Positions 61,722 through 64,000 of a stretch of DNA of 64,000 bases are shown here, piece after piece. Numbering within the stretch: position 1 is the stretch's first letter; every line of letters starts with the position of its first letter. Made by a program: the position numbers and the translations under genes. Below the pieces are notes generated by a model that saw only the letters and a list, made by a program, of their open reading frames with translations, had not been told where the DNA came from and did not search any database. The DNA lies in assembly GCA_041664365.1 (NCBI GenBank), contig JBAYKW010000004.1, positions 11,013 through 75,012 on the forward strand. Direction: 5' to 3'. The DNA is from Patescibacteria group bacterium. GTDB taxonomy: Bacteria > Patescibacteriota > Patescibacteriia > UM-FILTER-42-10.

Positions 61722-63564
61722 AAACTCATATACAATTTTGTTTGGCATTAGTGCAATAATCGCAGTTACTCTTTTAGGCTGGTCCAGCCGTGCTGTATGG
61801 GGTTTGGCGATTATTGAAATAATTATACTTTCAGTTTTTTTACTAACCATTTCCCGTACAAAAAGTGAAAAGGTTAAACTTCCAATAACCCTGAGTGCAT
61901 TTATTTTTTTCCTTGTCCTCTCAACTGTTTTTTCCGTCTATAAGTACAATAGCATTTTGGATTTGGTAATGTACACGCTGTTCATTGTTGCATTTTGGCT
62001 GGTTGCAAAATTTATCAGGAATGGCAATCAGATTAAAATTATTATAACTGTGCTATCATCGGTAGCACTTATTTCTGCGATCAGCGGAATTGTAAATTTC
62101 TTTCAGCTTCGTGATATCAGCCTGGGCGTTGCTTCTTTTTTCGGGTGGCGTAATATTTTTGCCGGATTTATCTTGCTTACTCTGCCAATTACATTAACCC
62201 AATTCCTTGTTGAAAAAGGAAAAAGTAAAAATATTTTTTTTGGTGTAGCCACAATCTTATTAACTGTCAATTTGTATTTCACATTTTCCCAGGCCAGTTG
62301 GATTGCAATGGCGTTTGTTCTCCTCATGCTAATTTGGTTTTTAAGAAAATTGCCGGCCAAACAACTTATTATCAGACTTTCCGTCGTAATTTTAATTTCA
62401 GTAATTTTAGTGACAGCTCTATTACAGCTCCATGCTCCTTTAAGCAGTGAATCCATTCAGGATGCAAATGTAATCCAGTCTGTTGCAGTCGGTAATCGGA
62501 TTGATTATTGGAGAACCAGCTTGGAGATGTTTACTAACTATCCATGGGCAGGCGTTGGAATCGGCAATTTTGAAACCATCTATACCCACTACCAGCAGAA
62601 CGTTTGGTCCTTCTCAGTTTCCCCGCATAATAGTCTGCTACTTTTCCTGACCGAACTGGGAGTATTTGGACTAATTGCATTCCTTGCTTTCCTTTTTGCT
62701 GTTGCTCGAAAAGCAAAGATATTGCTCAAAAATTACAGACCTGATGATAAGTCAATATATTATTATGCCGTTGGGATATTTGGAGGAATTGTCGCATCTT
62801 TTGGGCACAGCTTAACTGATGTTGACTGGGAAGTTCCTTCATTATTGTTACTTTGGTTTATTGAGGCTGGATTGATCTATGCTTTAGCGAATACTTCTTT
62901 CGGAAAAGATATAGAGCCATCTGAAGACAGGAAAGGCAATGTAAAAACGCAGATATTATTTTTTATCTCCTCACTTGTTTTCGGTTATCTGATTATTGTG
63001 CCGACAATAACTGATTTATGGAACAAAAAAGTCGATATTGCACAAAATGAATTTGGCGATAATATTAATTCGATCGCAATGTTGAAAAAAGCAATTGCCA
63101 TCAACCCAATTAATGCAGATTTATACAAAAATCTTGCTGAAAGTTACCAAATCAGTTTACTGGATCATAGAGGTATACGAGAAGAAAATCAATACAACAT
63201 TATTAAATATGCTAGAGAAGCAGTCAGACTTGACCCGCTCTCCGCAAAAAGACATGAAGCATTGGGTTATGCATTAAATTTCGTGAGTTCCGGTGAAGAT
63301 GAAGAAATTATGGAAGCGGAAATTGAATTACAAAAAGCTATGGTCTATGACCCCAATACAATATACCAATACCAACTGCTTGGATTTATACTTCAGCGTC
63401 AGAAAAAATATAATCAAGCTATTGAAATCTTGGATGTCGCACTAAAACTTTATAATGATGAAACTGTGATTAAAATGCATGCTGATCAGAATCAGCTACT
63501 AGGACAGATAGAGTCTATTAGAAAACTGCGTGAAACAATTGTCACACAGCAAGTAGTAGAATAG
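61705..63564 (+). CDS. O-antigen ligase/polymerase-like (Wzy_C) membrane protein with a C-terminal TPR-like domain
   Basis: About 12 TM helices with a large periplasmic-loop pattern (..NRIDYWRTSLEMF..PWAGVGIGNF..SPHNSLL..), then a soluble helical-repeat domain. Confidence 0.55.
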   Translation: MQLVNKNSYTILFGISAIIAVTLLGWSSRAVWGLAIIEIIILSVFLLTISRTKSEKVKLPITLSAFIFFLVLSTVFSVYKYNSILDLVMYTLFIVAFWLVAKFIRNGNQIKIIITVLSSVALISAISGIVNFFQLRDISLGVASFFGWRNIFAGFILLTLPITLTQFLVEKGKSKNIFFGVATILLTVNLYFTFSQASWIAMAFVLLMLIWFLRKLPAKQLIIRLSVVILISVILVTALLQLHAPLSSESIQDANVIQSVAVGNRIDYWRTSLEMFTNYPWAGVGIGNFETIYTHYQQNVWSFSVSPHNSLLLFLTELGVFGLIAFLAFLFAVARKAKILLKNYRPDDKSIYYYAVGIFGGIVASFGHSLTDVDWEVPSLLLLWFIEAGLIYALANTSFGKDIEPSEDRKGNVKTQILFFISSLVFGYLIIVPTITDLWNKKVDIAQNEFGDNINSIAMLKKAIAINPINADLYKNLAESYQISLLDHRGIREENQYNIIKYAREAVRLDPLSAKRHEALGYALNFVSSGEDEEIMEAEIELQKAMVYDPNTIYQYQLLGFILQRQKKYNQAIEILDVALKLYNDETVIKMHADQNQLLGQIESIRKLRETIVTQQVVE

Positions 63565-63582
63565 TTTATTCTAAAATCTATT

Positions 63583-63942
63583 CTATAAATATGGAGCAAT
63601 CAGCTCCTGATTTTTTTTATAATATTTATCCGCAAAATCCGTGTTCCCAAGAGAATTCTCAACTTCCGATAACCTATAATAAACATCTGCAATCGATAGT
63701 GTTAAATACCTTTTTACATCAAATGTAATACCAAAAGTGTTCGGATCGGCAAACAATTCTATCGCTTTTAAATATTTTAATTTTGCTTCAGGCACGTTGC
63801 CCGCCGTCTCCAAGCCCATACCCCAGAAAAAATAAGCCGATGCATAATTGGGACTTTTTATGGTTGCTTGCCGAAAGGATTGATCCATAATCTCGAACTT
63901 GTTGGCATCGATCATCCCCCACTCCCGCATCAACTCACCCAT
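63583..63942 (-). CDS. Hypothetical TPR-like protein
   Basis: 119 aa helical-repeat sequence (..AYFFWGMGLETAGNVPEAKLKYLKAIELF..). Confidence 0.3.
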   Translation of the reverse strand: MGELMREWGMIDANKFEIMDQSFRQATIKSPNYASAYFFWGMGLETAGNVPEAKLKYLKAIELFADPNTFGITFDVKRYLTLSIADVYYRLSEVENSLGNTDFADKYYKKNQELIAPYL

Positions 63943-64000
63943 TTTATAATCATAATTAGTGCTGACCGGATTTTTTTGTTTGATTATATTTAACTCCGCT

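Overview
This is an AT-rich (about 35-40% GC) bacterial chromosome segment, dominated by a long minus-strand ribosomal superoperon. It runs rpsL-rpsG-fusA-[PEGA gene]-tuf-rpsJ-rplCDWB-rpsS-rplV-rpsC-rplP-rpmC-rpsQ-rplNXE-rpsZ-rpsH-rplFR-rpsE-rplO-secY-adk-map, with no L30 gene, and continues into ruvX, a WecA-like transferase and rplU. Several ribosomal proteins carry Lys/Glu-rich extensions. Other genes read from sequence motifs include tpiA (partial at the window edge), a D-Ala-D-Ala carboxypeptidase, scpAB, aspS, asnS, dnaB, ybaB, recR, an M50 protease and an unlisted rpmB. There are two P-type ATPases, a PAS histidine kinase with three tandem single-domain response regulators plus a fourth paralog beside ndk, trpB2, gatCA, ligA, a type IV pilus-like cluster (pilD, three prepilins, a large PilX-like protein) and a small glycan cluster. 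The streamlined ribosomal operon, r-protein tails, lone TrpB2 and type IV pili fit a Patescibacteria/CPR-like reduced genome; that placement is inference. Two tRNAs were found by hand, tRNA-Lys(UUU) and tRNA-Pro(GGG), both on the minus strand. The most unusual content is two GC-rich (about 55%) islands next to these tRNAs. The first, 11.3-13.3 kb, carries a large secreted protein with a T9SS/FlgD-Ig-like C-terminal sorting domain. The second, 47.6-49.3 kb, carries five small ORFs with strong GGAGG ribosome-binding sites. Three of these are cysteine-rich proteins that together hold four copies of a C-x2-C-x6-C-x-C module not matching any family I recognise. A structured, non-coding GC-rich block surrounds tRNA-Pro. 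A heptad-repeat (GTAATTN)n palindromic element recurs in four intergenic sites, two of them inside the ribosomal operon. No CRISPR array, transposase or integrase was seen.
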